The position numbers were made by a program, and so were the translations under genes. A stretch of DNA of 64,000 bases from an uncultured bacterium (lineage in GTDB: Bacteria; Planctomycetota; UBA1135; UBA2386). Under the pieces are notes generated by a model that was given only the letters and a program-made list of their open reading frames with translations, ran no database searches and was not told where the DNA came from. Shown piece by piece: positions 28,199 through 37,713 of this stretch; position 1 is the stretch's first letter, and each line of letters opens with the position of its first letter. The stretch is taken from contig CALCZA010000054.1 in the NCBI GenBank assembly GCA_937906475.1, forward strand, positions 29,810 through 93,809, given 5' to 3'.

Positions 28199-28801
28199 AT
28201 GACCAAGATCGACGCGAAGACCGTTAAGCAGCTTCGAGACATGACCGGAGCCCCGATGATGGACTGCAAGTCCGCACTCCAAGAAGTCGGTGGCGACGTG
28301 GAGAAGGCGCGCGATGTGCTGCGCAAGCGCGGCCAGCAAGTCGCCGACAAGGCGTCGGATCGCACCGTTTCGGAAGGCCTCATCTACGGCTACGCCCACC
28401 ACAACGGCAAGGTCGGCGTCATGGTCGAGATCGTCTGTGAGACCGACTTCGTTGCAATGAACGAAGATTTCAAGGCTTTCTGCCACGGCGTCGCCCTGAG
28501 TGTCACCGCGTTTAATCCGGCATACCTCGATAAGACTGTGGTGCCCGCCGAAGCCGTTGAAAAGGAGCGTGCCATCGTCACCGAGATGACCCGCACCAAC
28601 ATGGAAGGCAAGCCGGAGAACGTCATCGAAAAGGCCGTCGCCGGTCGCATGGAAAAGTGGTTCGGCGAGCAGACCCTGATGGACAAGCCGTACGTCCCCG
28701 ACGACAGCAAGACCGTCGAGCAGAAGCGCACCGAGTTGGTCGGCAAGATTGGCGAGAACATTCAAGTGCGCCGTTTCATGCGTATGGAACTCGGTGGCTA
28801 G
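28199..28801 (+). CDS. tsf: Elongation factor Ts (short type)
   Basis: LRDMTGAPMMDCKSAL, CETDFVA, GENIQVRRF. Confidence 0.97.
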   Translation: MTKIDAKTVKQLRDMTGAPMMDCKSALQEVGGDVEKARDVLRKRGQQVADKASDRTVSEGLIYGYAHHNGKVGVMVEIVCETDFVAMNEDFKAFCHGVALSVTAFNPAYLDKTVVPAEAVEKERAIVTEMTRTNMEGKPENVIEKAVAGRMEKWFGEQTLMDKPYVPDDSKTVEQKRTELVGKIGENIQVRRFMRMELGG

Positions 28802-28816
28802 GTTAGTCTGCCCGGC

Positions 28817-29575
28817 ATGAGTAAAACTGATCCAGCCGGCGGCGCGAAGTCGGCCGGTGGTGCTGAGCCGCCGCGCCAGATCAAGCGCATCCTGCTGAAG
28901 ATAAGTGGTGAGAGTCTCGGAGAAGGCGGGTCTGGCGTCTCGCCTCATACCGTCGCAGCGGTCGCTGAGCAGATCGCGGCCGTTCACCGCCTTGGTGTCG
29001 AGATAGCCATCGTTTGTGGTGGCGGCAATCTGATGCGCGGTGCCGCGTTCGCCAAGATGGGCACCAACCGGACCACTGCGGACCAGATGGGCATGCTCGG
29101 TACGGCGATCAACGCGCTTGCGTTGCAGGACGGCCTCGAGCGAGCCGGCGTCGAAACCCGCGCTGCCTGCGCCGTCGAAATGAAGACGGTGATGGAACCC
29201 TACATCCGTCGCCGCGTGATTCGCCACCTCGAGAAGGGGCGGGCCGTCGTGCTCGCCGGCGGCACCGGCAATCCCTATTTCACGACTGATACCGCGGCCG
29301 CTCTGCGCGCCACGGAGTTGGGCGTTGATGCGATCTTCAAGGCAACCAAGGTCGACGGCATTTACACAGCGGACCCAGCCAAGTATCCGGACGCGAAGCG
29401 TTACGATCGCTTGGGCTTCCGCGAAGCGCTCGATCGCGACCTTGCGGTCATGGATCGCACGGCGTTCACGCTGTGCATGGAAAACACTATGCCGATCATG
29501 GTCTTCGACATGTTCCAAGAGGGGAACATGGAACGCGCGGTTCGTGGCGAAGCCATTGGCACGTGGGTGACCTGA
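28817..29575 (+). CDS. pyrH: UMP kinase
   Basis: LLKISGE, GGGN, GTGNPYFTTD, KATKVDGIY. Confidence 0.97.
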   Translation: MSKTDPAGGAKSAGGAEPPRQIKRILLKISGESLGEGGSGVSPHTVAAVAEQIAAVHRLGVEIAIVCGGGNLMRGAAFAKMGTNRTTADQMGMLGTAINALALQDGLERAGVETRAACAVEMKTVMEPYIRRRVIRHLEKGRAVVLAGGTGNPYFTTDTAAALRATELGVDAIFKATKVDGIYTADPAKYPDAKRYDRLGFREALDRDLAVMDRTAFTLCMENTMPIMVFDMFQEGNMERAVRGEAIGTWVT

Positions 29576-29632
29576 TTGGTGACCAGTTTGGGGCAGACCG
29601 CTCCGGACGCGCACCCATGCGGAGCTACCTGC

Positions 29633-29707
29633 CCCGCTGAAGAAGTTTCCGCCGAAGTAGTTCCCGCCGAAGAAGTTCCCGCCGAAGTAGTCCCCGCCGA
29701 AGTAGTT
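29633..29707. repeat. Five-copy 15-bp tandem repeat (consensus cccgccgaagWagtt)
   Basis: Units start at 29633, 29648, 29663, 29678 and 29693. Confidence 0.93.
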
Positions 29708-29795
29708 CGAATGGCTGCCGCCGCGATGGATGCCTTAAAAAAAATGGCCTGAATGTGCGCCGTCGAAGCGACTGGCGCAACAATAGGAGACAGAT

Positions 29796-30365
29796 ATGGA
29801 AACCTACGACTTGATCATCGAAGAGCTGAAAGAGAAGACCGAGAAGACGGTCAGGCACCTGCGCGATCAGCTCGCCAGCATCCGCACGGGGCGCGCCGCG
29901 CCGGCCCTCGTCGACACGATTCGGGCCGACTACTATGGCTCGCCGACTCCGCTCAATCAGATCGCGCACATCTCGGTGCCCGAAGCGCGTCAGCTTCTAA
30001 TCAAGCCGTTCGATGGGTCGCCAGACGTCATCAAGGAGATTGAGAAGGCGATCCAGAAATCGAATCTCGGCCTCAACCCGATGTCCGACGGCAAGGCGCT
30101 GCGCCTCAACCTGCCGCCGCTATCCGGTGAGCAACGCCAAAATCTGGTCGCCAAGGTCAAAGATCTCGTCGAGCAGAACCGCGTGGCTCTGCGCAACGAG
30201 CGCCGGGATGCGAATAGGGCCGCTGACAGCATGAAGAAGGACGGCGACCTCACCGAAGACCAGTGCAAGCGCGCTCATGACCTCATTGACAAGGAACTCA
30301 AGGCGCTGGAAGGCAAGCTCGACGAGTGCCTGAAAATCAAGTCGAAGGAGATCATGGAGGACTAG
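29796..30365 (+). CDS. frr: Ribosome recycling factor
   Basis: IRTGRA, YYGSPTPLNQIA, LGLNP, RNERRD; AGGAG RBS. Confidence 0.97.
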   Translation: METYDLIIEELKEKTEKTVRHLRDQLASIRTGRAAPALVDTIRADYYGSPTPLNQIAHISVPEARQLLIKPFDGSPDVIKEIEKAIQKSNLGLNPMSDGKALRLNLPPLSGEQRQNLVAKVKDLVEQNRVALRNERRDANRAADSMKKDGDLTEDQCKRAHDLIDKELKALEGKLDECLKIKSKEIMED

Positions 30366-30560
30366 ATCCTCCGGCCCGATCTGCCGGATTGGGGGCGCAC
30401 CGAGGCGCTCGCAGGCAGTTCCGGAGCAATATGACACCTCTCCCCGGAGAAATCTGGGGCAGGTTCCGGGTCGACAAGCCCTGCGGATCCTTGCACAGAA
30501 GACGGTCAGGCGGTTTCATCGCTGCCCCGCTTTGTGGCTTGAAGACGCCGGGAAGCATAT

Positions 30561-30636
30561 GGGGGCGTAGCTCAGTCGGTAGAGCAGCGGCCTTTTAAGC
30601 CGGTGGTCGCAGGTTCGAGCCCTGCCGCCCCTACCA
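30561..30636 (+). tRNA. tRNA-Lys (anticodon UUU)
   Basis: 76-nt cloverleaf, anticodon loop cttttaa, GTTCGAGCC T-arm, encoded CCA. Confidence 0.95.
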
Positions 30637-30734
30637 TTCTTGTCGGCCACCTTGGTGGCGCTTTCTTCTGTGGCCGATGGCCACGGGCCCAAATCCTTCC
30701 TTGGGGTCCTATTCTGGGCTCCTGGGCCTTCTTC

Positions 30735-30986
30735 ATGATCGATCCTGAGTTCCTGGCGATGCTCGTCTGCCCGACGTCCCGGCAGCCTCTGCGTGAGGCC
30801 ACGGCACCGGAAATTGAGCAGGCGAATACTGCCATCGAGCAGGGATCCGCTCGGAATCGTGGCGGTAGCCCGGTTTCTGCTTCGTTGTCTGCTGCGTTGG
30901 CAACGACGGATGGGGCCTGGCTCTATCCGGTTCAGGAAGGCATCCCCATCTTGCTCTCCGGCGAGGCCATTCCGGTTTCGGCGTAG
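30735..30986 (+). CDS. Trm112/YcaR-like small protein
   Basis: MIDPEFLAMLVCP...YPVQEGIPILL. Confidence 0.85.
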   Translation: MIDPEFLAMLVCPTSRQPLREATAPEIEQANTAIEQGSARNRGGSPVSASLSAALATTDGAWLYPVQEGIPILLSGEAIPVSA

Positions 30987-31157
30987 TTCGTCCGCCCAAG
31001 TTCTGTCCTTCGATCCTCAGCCCGCAGATCTTCTGATCTTCTAGGTCACCGGGCCGCAATTCAGCCCCGGTCAGACCTTTAGATTGCCGATAGAGCCAAA
31101 TCTGCCTTCGTGGCCCTCGCGGCAAACGTCTGACCCAGTAATCTCCTTCGCTCTGCA

Positions 31158-33548
31158 ATGTCGACCACTCCCGAAGAGTCGCAGGACACTCCTGCTCCCG
31201 AACCCGATTTCGATGAACTGACTGGTGTCTACGGCTTCTTCCGCCGTCACCAGATGAAGCTGCTCTACACGGCTGGCTTGTTCACCTTGCTGACGTTCTC
31301 GATCGGCGGATCTATCCAAGGTCTAGTCGGAGGAATCTTCAACAAGGACCGTGAGCGGGCGACGATCAGCGTCAACGGCGAGCGCGTCAAGTTGACGGAT
31401 GAGGACTACACCTACGGCAGTCGGCTGTCCCGCAACGCGCGTGCGCTTCCATACGGAGTGATGCTGCAGGTGTTGCCTGGCGAAGGTGGCAGCAGCGAAC
31501 TCAGCGAAGTGTTGGCGATCATGCGTCGCGCGGCCATCGCCGAAGGCATTGAGCCGTCGCTGAAGGAAGTCGATCGCGCCATCGAGGCAACGCGCGAGGA
31601 ATACAAGTCGGAGTCGGCTGCGCAGTTGGCCGTCAACGGCGGCTTTGGCTCGCTCGCTGATTACCGACAAGTCGTTTTGGAAGCGATGCGCGTTGGCATG
31701 TTTACGCGTCTGCAGTTGCTGGCGCTCGATACCAGCGATGCGGAAGCTATGCGTCAGGGCCTTCTCCATAAGGAGAAGGTTTCGTTCAAGGTCGCGACCT
31801 ACGATGAGAAGGCGCGCCAGGAAGAGATGAAGGAGAAGTCGGAATTGACCGACGACGACCTCAAGAAATGGCTCGACGATCAGACGGTCATTGAGAAAGG
31901 GCGTATGAGCGCCTTCGATCTGCCGACCGTGAAGCTGCGCTTCGCTGGTCTTCTGTGGGGCGAAGGACAGTTCAACCCGGAAGAGTGGGCCGAAGGCGTG
32001 CTCGCCGCCTACCCGATCACCGACGACCAGCTGAAGACCTACTACGACGCCGACAAGGAGTTCTTCAAAATTGAAGACAAGGACGAGTACCGTCTGTTCG
32101 AAGACGAGACTGTCAAGGCGGAGTTGACGCGCATGGTGCAAGCCGAGCGTGTCATGCTCGACCTCAACACCAAGTTGAAGGCCGCGCAACTCGCCGTTGT
32201 GCAGCCGCTGAGCGACACCGTCGCCACCAATCAAAACGACTACAACACCGCGCAGCAGACCAAGCGCACGGCGATGCAGGCGCAGGCTTTGAAGGATCGC
32301 GACCTGAACATTAAGGAAGCCGAGCTCGCGAAGGATGTAGAGAACGCCGACCTGAAGGCCTCGGTTGAGGCTCTGAAGGCCGAATTGGCGCCTCTGAAGG
32401 TTGCCTTTACGGGGGCAGAAGCGGCCGAGACAGCCATGAAGACGGCGTTGGAAGTTGCTCGGGCGGCTGAAGAAGCGGCTCGCGTAGGCTTCGATTTCGT
32501 CGCCGAGTTCAACAAGCTCGTCGAAGGCAAGAGCGGCTTCGTGCACAAGGCGCTCGACAAGCAGGTCACCGCGGAAGAGCTTAAAGACCTCGACGCACTC
32601 GGACTCGAACTTGGTTACTGGGAACGTTCGATGGTTGCCACCAGCCTTCGCAGCGTCGGCGGTATTGGCAATGGCCCAGGCCGCACCTACAAGGCCTCGA
32701 TCATCTATCAAGCGCTCGAGATGGAAGCCCAGCCGCTCAAGGCCTGGGAAGATCTCAAGCCACTGTGTGAGGATGTCTACTACACCGAGAAGGCTGTTGC
32801 CGAAGGTCGCGAGAAGACCACGGCGATGGCCGACGCGCTGCTGCGCCTCGCGAAGGAGAAGATCCCTGAGTTCCTCGCCGAGCGTGAAGCGGAGCGCCAA
32901 GGGCGCATCGACACGATGGTCACCGAATGGGAGGCCGGAGTGACGGATGACGTTGCCAAGTCGAAGGAGATGCTGAAGACTCCGAACCTTGGCACCAAGG
33001 CCACGCAGGCCTGGCAAACGAAGCTCGAACGAAAGCAGCGCGAACTCGAAGGCAAGGCACAGCGAGTCGACATGATCGGCATGCAGGTCGAGCGTGAGAT
33101 CAAGGGCGAGATCAAGGAAGAGGCAACCAAGTTCTTCGCCGAGGTGCTCGACGCCGCAGCTGCGGAAGTTGGCTACACGGTGACCGAGTTCGGTCCGTTC
33201 CCGCGCTTCCTGGTCCAGCGTCCGCGCTTTGATGAGGACTACGACGAGACGGTTGTCTACACGTTCACGAACCACAGCGAGATGCAGGCCGGTGACGCCA
33301 TTGGTCCGGTCGCGGACGGTGCCGAGCGTCGCTCGCACGTCATCACGTGCAAGAGTGTTGTGCCGCTGACCGCCGACGACTTGACTCGTCGCGAGTTCGA
33401 ATCCATCCGCAAGCGCTTCGTGGGCCGGCAGAGTGGCAACGGCCAAAGCTTCGCCTTCACCAAGGAAGCGCTTGAGGCTCGTTATCAGCTTGAGCGCCCC
33501 GCGGTAGAGCAGCCGGAAGCGGGCAGTAAGGGCAGCCAAGACGAGTAA
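31158..33548 (+). CDS. Large membrane-anchored periplasmic protein, SurA_N/PpiD-like, with coiled-coil inserts
   Basis: FFRRHQ followed by a TM, SVNGE, GIEPSLKEVDRAI; strong codon bias. Confidence 0.6.
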   Translation: MSTTPEESQDTPAPEPDFDELTGVYGFFRRHQMKLLYTAGLFTLLTFSIGGSIQGLVGGIFNKDRERATISVNGERVKLTDEDYTYGSRLSRNARALPYGVMLQVLPGEGGSSELSEVLAIMRRAAIAEGIEPSLKEVDRAIEATREEYKSESAAQLAVNGGFGSLADYRQVVLEAMRVGMFTRLQLLALDTSDAEAMRQGLLHKEKVSFKVATYDEKARQEEMKEKSELTDDDLKKWLDDQTVIEKGRMSAFDLPTVKLRFAGLLWGEGQFNPEEWAEGVLAAYPITDDQLKTYYDADKEFFKIEDKDEYRLFEDETVKAELTRMVQAERVMLDLNTKLKAAQLAVVQPLSDTVATNQNDYNTAQQTKRTAMQAQALKDRDLNIKEAELAKDVENADLKASVEALKAELAPLKVAFTGAEAAETAMKTALEVARAAEEAARVGFDFVAEFNKLVEGKSGFVHKALDKQVTAEELKDLDALGLELGYWERSMVATSLRSVGGIGNGPGRTYKASIIYQALEMEAQPLKAWEDLKPLCEDVYYTEKAVAEGREKTTAMADALLRLAKEKIPEFLAEREAERQGRIDTMVTEWEAGVTDDVAKSKEMLKTPNLGTKATQAWQTKLERKQRELEGKAQRVDMIGMQVEREIKGEIKEEATKFFAEVLDAAAAEVGYTVTEFGPFPRFLVQRPRFDEDYDETVVYTFTNHSEMQAGDAIGPVADGAERRSHVITCKSVVPLTADDLTRREFESIRKRFVGRQSGNGQSFAFTKEALEARYQLERPAVEQPEAGSKGSQDE

Positions 33549-33788
33549 GGAGGCGGTGCCGAGCACCCCAGACGCCCGCTGACGGCGTTGCACGGTTGCC
33601 TGGCGACCGCCGGCTGCGCAACGCGAATCCTCAGCGGGGCGACGCCCCGCTTCCGAGCGGCTTGCTTGTGCGCCTTGCCAGCGTGCGCCTGGAGCGCCCA
33701 TCGTTTTGCGCCGCGGCCGTGACGGAGGCGGGCCGTGTGAACTGCTGGCCGATTTACTGTGGCCTAGTGGGCGGGCTTGGTTCCTGGC

Positions 33789-34730
33789 CTACTTCGGTTC
33801 CGCGATGACGATGATTTCGTCGTGGGGGTTGATGTAGAGGTTGCAGGCTTTGAGGAGGCCTAGGGGTTTGGCTAGGAGTCCTGGGATCTTGCCTAGGCGG
33901 CCAGCTCGTTCGGCTAGGAAGGCGAACGAGACGTACTTGCCGGCGTAGGCGGAGCCGCAGGTTAGGACCTTGTAGCCACAGTCGGAGAGCAGCCGGTCGA
34001 TGGTCTGAGGGTTGAAGTGATAGAGATGCTCGTCGTGCTTGTAGTGGTGCCAGCGCTTGCCGAGTTTGTTGGCTAGGCGGGACTCGACGTTTTGGGTCTC
34101 TAGCAGCAGTTTGCCGCCTGGCTTGATCAGCTTGAGGATGCTGCTGAGCAGAGCTTGGGGGTCTGGGACGTGCTCGATGACGTCCCAGATTGTGATCAGG
34201 TCGAACGAGTGGGGCTGCCAGCCGCGGGCTTCTACGGCGTCGTCGAGGAAGCCGTTGTAGACGCGGTCACTGCCGAGGGACTGGATCGCTGCTTGCGAGA
34301 TGGCTTCGGAGAGTTCGACGCCGTGCACGTCGTGGCCGTGCTGTTGGGCGACGCGCAGGAAGTAGCCGGCGGCGCAGCCAACGTCGAGGATGCGGCCCGG
34401 TTGGGGCAACCACTTCGACACCAACTTCATGCGCTTCTTGTAGGTCTTGAGGTAGAGCGCCGACTCCTTGGCGTAGTCGGCGTAGCCGCGCTCCTTGGGG
34501 TTGTCGCTCTTCCAGTAGGTCTCGTTGTAGACGTCGAGTAGCGCTTGGCCGGTGAGGCGCGGCGTGACGTAGACGAACGTGCAACTACTACAGGTGTAGA
34601 TTTGGTAGGGGCCGTCCTCGAACTTAAGCGAACGTTCCGAACTGCCACATACCTGACAACTCGTGATCTCTTCGGACTCAGAGTCCTGGGGCTCGCTCGG
34701 GTTTGCGTTCTGGTTAGCGGCGGCGGTCAT
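33789..34730 (-). CDS. Class I SAM-dependent methyltransferase with an N-terminal Cys cluster
   Basis: CQVC..CSSC, ILDVGCAAG, FDLITIWDVIEHVPDP, KPGG. Confidence 0.9.
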   Translation of the reverse strand: MTAAANQNANPSEPQDSESEEITSCQVCGSSERSLKFEDGPYQIYTCSSCTFVYVTPRLTGQALLDVYNETYWKSDNPKERGYADYAKESALYLKTYKKRMKLVSKWLPQPGRILDVGCAAGYFLRVAQQHGHDVHGVELSEAISQAAIQSLGSDRVYNGFLDDAVEARGWQPHSFDLITIWDVIEHVPDPQALLSSILKLIKPGGKLLLETQNVESRLANKLGKRWHHYKHDEHLYHFNPQTIDRLLSDCGYKVLTCGSAYAGKYVSFAFLAERAGRLGKIPGLLAKPLGLLKACNLYINPHDEIIVIAEPK

Positions 34731-35485
34731 ATCGATTGTTGGGACTCGCTGCGCACGACCTTCTTGCCGCGCTCCAGGAAGCGCTTGCGACAGATTGTGC
34801 GGAACATCTTGATCGCGAGTTTGGCCTGCCGACTGAAGGTGTCGCTGTGCTTGCTCTCGCCGCCCATTCGCCGCGCGTAGGTGACCGGCACCTCGATCAC
34901 GCGGCAGCGTTCTTGCAGCGCGGCGCACATCATCTCGGGAGAGAACGCCGGGCCTTGTTCGCGCGTGCGTTCGCGGATCTGCTGCCACGTCGGCTTGGTC
35001 AGCGCTCGGAACGTGCAGCCAACATCGGTGAAGCGTGGTTCCGCAGGCCGCATCCAGCAGACCTGCAGGAACTTGGCCATGAACACGTTGCCCCAGCGCA
35101 GCATGAAGCGCATGTTTGCACCCTGCTCAACCATTTGTCGCGTTGTGCGCGTGCCCATGACCATGCCGGCGTCATCGAGATAGCTCAGCAGTTTGACGAC
35201 ATCGCGAGCGCGGAAGCTGCCGTCGGCTTCGACCAGCACCATCATGTCGCCAGTGGCGGCGTTCATGCCGGTGGTCAGTGCCGCGCCGTAGCCAGGCTTC
35301 TGTTCGCTGACGACGCGCGCGCCGGCGGCAGTTGCGATTTCGGCAGTCCGATCCTTGCAGTTGTTGTCGACGACAACAATCTCATCTAGGTGAGGTTCTT
35401 GAAGAAACTCTTCGACCACCTGGCCGATCGTCTCTTCCTCGTTGTAGGCAGGAATGACGAGGGAAACTGTCCGATCGCGGAACAT
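34727..35485 (-). CDS. GT2 of the polyprenol-phosphate (DPM synthase-like) type
   Basis: IPAYNEE, VVDNNCKD, GYGAAL, EADGS, TDVGC, EVPVTYARRMGGESK. Confidence 0.88.
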   Translation of the reverse strand: MFRDRTVSLVIPAYNEEETIGQVVEEFLQEPHLDEIVVVDNNCKDRTAEIATAAGARVVSEQKPGYGAALTTGMNAATGDMMVLVEADGSFRARDVVKLLSYLDDAGMVMGTRTTRQMVEQGANMRFMLRWGNVFMAKFLQVCWMRPAEPRFTDVGCTFRALTKPTWQQIRERTREQGPAFSPEMMCAALQERCRVIEVPVTYARRMGGESKHSDTFSRQAKLAIKMFRTICRKRFLERGKKVVRSESQQSI

Positions 35486-35904
35486 GGCAGTAGAGCAGGA
35501 TACCGCGACCGGCCGCCGTTGGCTGAGTGCAATCCACATTGGTCCCACGTTGCGACGACGCCGACCTGGGCGTTGGTCAGCGCCGGGATCGTGAACTTGC
35601 TGGCGTGATCGCTGCACGCTGCCAGCCCGTCGACGGTCGGCCAGTGGCGACCGAGCGCCAGATGTGGCGCTGGCGGCCAGCGCTCGCACCTTGGTCTTTT
35701 GCCCAACAGGGCCCAATAACGGCAACTACAGCCAGTAAGGCGTGCACAAGTCGACCAGCATGTGGCGGTGGACGGCAATGGGTGGCAACTTACTCCACGG
35801 GTCCAGACTGGCGATGCCCGGATTCGCCCTGATGAGACTCGGTTCGTGTGAACCTGAGGCAGCCTTTTGTCGTTGCCGGCATCGACCCCTATCCTGCATA
35901 CGCA

Positions 35905-37713
35905 ATGTTCAGAGTCTTTCCCGTCGTTCTTAGCACGTTCCTGCTGGCCCCTGTCACGCTCGCCCAACACGGTTCCGATGGCGGGACTCAGCATCGCCAG
36001 ACTGGCGCCATCTACAAGCGCGAGGTCGATGGCATGATCGCCGCCATTAGGCAGACTGCGCGCCAGAACGTTGGCAATCCCGCTGGGCCGGGGGTGCTCG
36101 GAAGTGATGTGCTTTCGACAGCGAAGATCCTGACCGCGATGGGCTACAGCCATCGTCGCTACCACGTCAGCGATGGCCCGATCGTGCGACCTTCACTCGA
36201 CTACCTGATGCAGAGCCGCAAGGCAGATGGCAGCTTTGGCGATGTTGATGCGACCTGTTGGGTTCTCGCCGCGATGGATGTGTTGAACAAGGACGGCTAC
36301 GACGAGGAAATCCGAGTTGGCCGCAAGTGGCTGGGCCGTCGGGTCGACGGCGTGGTCACGTTCAGTGTCTTGGTCCGGCAACTGTTGGAATCGGTGGGCG
36401 CGGACAAGTTCCCCGAGCACATGGCGTCGGACGCAGCGCGGTTGCCGCGCAAGTGGCAAGCCACTAACACCATGGATCGCAACGAAGCCGCGACGGCCTT
36501 GGTGAAGCTGGTCGCATGCCAGCAAGCGAACCTCAAGCTAGACCAGATGGCGGCGAAGCAGATCCCGTTGGACACCTGGTCTGCCACGCAAGAGCGGGCA
36601 TTCGCATGGCTGTTCTCGCAGCAGAAGCAGGGCGTGTTCTCGGTGACGATGCCGTTGAAGAATGAGCAGGGTGAGATGGTGATGCGGTCGTTCCCCGATC
36701 CGGCGCTGACGGGTTTCGGTTTGCTAGCGATGCAGAGCAAGTCGATCAAGAGGCGGAATGCCAAGGAACAACAGGCGATCCTCGCTGGCCTCAACTGGCT
36801 GGTGAAGCAACAGAACCCCGACGGTACATTCGGCCGCGAAGTCCTCAATTACACGACGTGCGTCGTGGTGGGGGCGCTGGCTCGATGGGGGGATCCGGTG
36901 ACCGTGCCGGTGCTCGCGCGCGCCCAGAAGGCCATCCTGATGTTCCAGAATGCGGAAGCGGGTGGCTATGAGCGCAGCGATCGCGACTTCGGTTCGATCG
37001 GCTATGGCGGCAGCCAGCGTGGCGACCTCAGCAACACACACTTCTCGATGGAAGCACTGCGCGCGTCGGGCTTGCCCGAGAACCACGAAGCGATGCAGAA
37101 GGCGTTGGTGTTCTTGCAACGCACCCAAAACTTGAAGTCGAGCAATGACTTTAAGGGCAAGATCCCGCACCCGAACAAGCAAGGCGAGTCGATCGAAGTC
37201 GCTTCTGGTGACGATGGCGGCGCCGCTTACTACCCCGGTAACAGCGCGGCTGGCTACATCGTGCAGCCCGACGGCAAGGCCGTGGCGCGCAGTTATGGTT
37301 CGATGACCTATGCGCTGTTGAAATCCTACACGCTCGCCGGCATCAAGGGCGATGACCCGCGCGTGCAGGCGGCGGTGAAGTGGATCCAGAACAACTGGAC
37401 GTTGGCGATCAACCCCGGCTCGGATCCGGCGCTTGGTGAGAAGGTCAAGTATCAGGGCCTCTACTATTACTACATGGTGTTGGCGCAGGCGCTCAACGCC
37501 GCCGAGGTCGAGACCGTGATGGTGCCGCAGCAAACGACCGGCGGCGTGTTGCCCAAGAAGGCCATCAACTGGCGCGAAGCGCTGCGCAGCCACTTGGCGA
37601 AGACGCAGCAAGGCGACGGTACCTGGATCAACGGCAAGAACGGTCGTTGGATGGAGAGTCTGCCGCTCTTGTGCACGTGCTACTCGATGATCGCGCTGGA
37701 GAGCTGCAAGTGA
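35905..37713 (+). CDS. Secreted prenyltransferase/squalene-cyclase-repeat (alpha-alpha barrel) protein
   Basis: Signal peptide; QW-like repeats SRKADGSF, QQNPDGTF, QQGDGTW; no DxDD. Confidence 0.75.
   Translation: MFRVFPVVLSTFLLAPVTLAQHGSDGGTQHRQTGAIYKREVDGMIAAIRQTARQNVGNPAGPGVLGSDVLSTAKILTAMGYSHRRYHVSDGPIVRPSLDYLMQSRKADGSFGDVDATCWVLAAMDVLNKDGYDEEIRVGRKWLGRRVDGVVTFSVLVRQLLESVGADKFPEHMASDAARLPRKWQATNTMDRNEAATALVKLVACQQANLKLDQMAAKQIPLDTWSATQERAFAWLFSQQKQGVFSVTMPLKNEQGEMVMRSFPDPALTGFGLLAMQSKSIKRRNAKEQQAILAGLNWLVKQQNPDGTFGREVLNYTTCVVVGALARWGDPVTVPVLARAQKAILMFQNAEAGGYERSDRDFGSIGYGGSQRGDLSNTHFSMEALRASGLPENHEAMQKALVFLQRTQNLKSSNDFKGKIPHPNKQGESIEVASGDDGGAAYYPGNSAAGYIVQPDGKAVARSYGSMTYALLKSYTLAGIKGDDPRVQAAVKWIQNNWTLAINPGSDPALGEKVKYQGLYYYYMVLAQALNAAEVETVMVPQQTTGGVLPKKAINWREALRSHLAKTQQGDGTWINGKNGRWMESLPLLCTCYSMIALESCK

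Noticed and set aside
28199-28801. EF-Ts appears truncated (200 aa)
   Set aside because: Short EF-Ts forms are established (e.g. Thermus, cyanobacteria) and both termini are intact
28121-29614. 497-aa minus-strand ORF
   Set aside because: Antisense to tsf and pyrH
29633-29707. Possible CRISPR array (also the repeat at 2751-2815)
   Set aside because: Units are directly tandem with no unique spacers, and there are no cas genes
30561-30636. tRNA-Lys as a pseudo-tRNA (G:G at the top of the anticodon stem, G:U first pair)
   Set aside because: All other conserved positions and the CCA are intact; a 27:43 mismatch is tolerated
30561-30986. Genomic island at tRNA-Lys, tRNA-Leu or ssrA
   Set aside because: No duplicated 3' ends or integrases seen; flanking genes are housekeeping
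31323-33701. 792-aa minus-strand ORF
   Set aside because: Antisense shadow of the codon-biased 31158-33548 gene; no protein motifs
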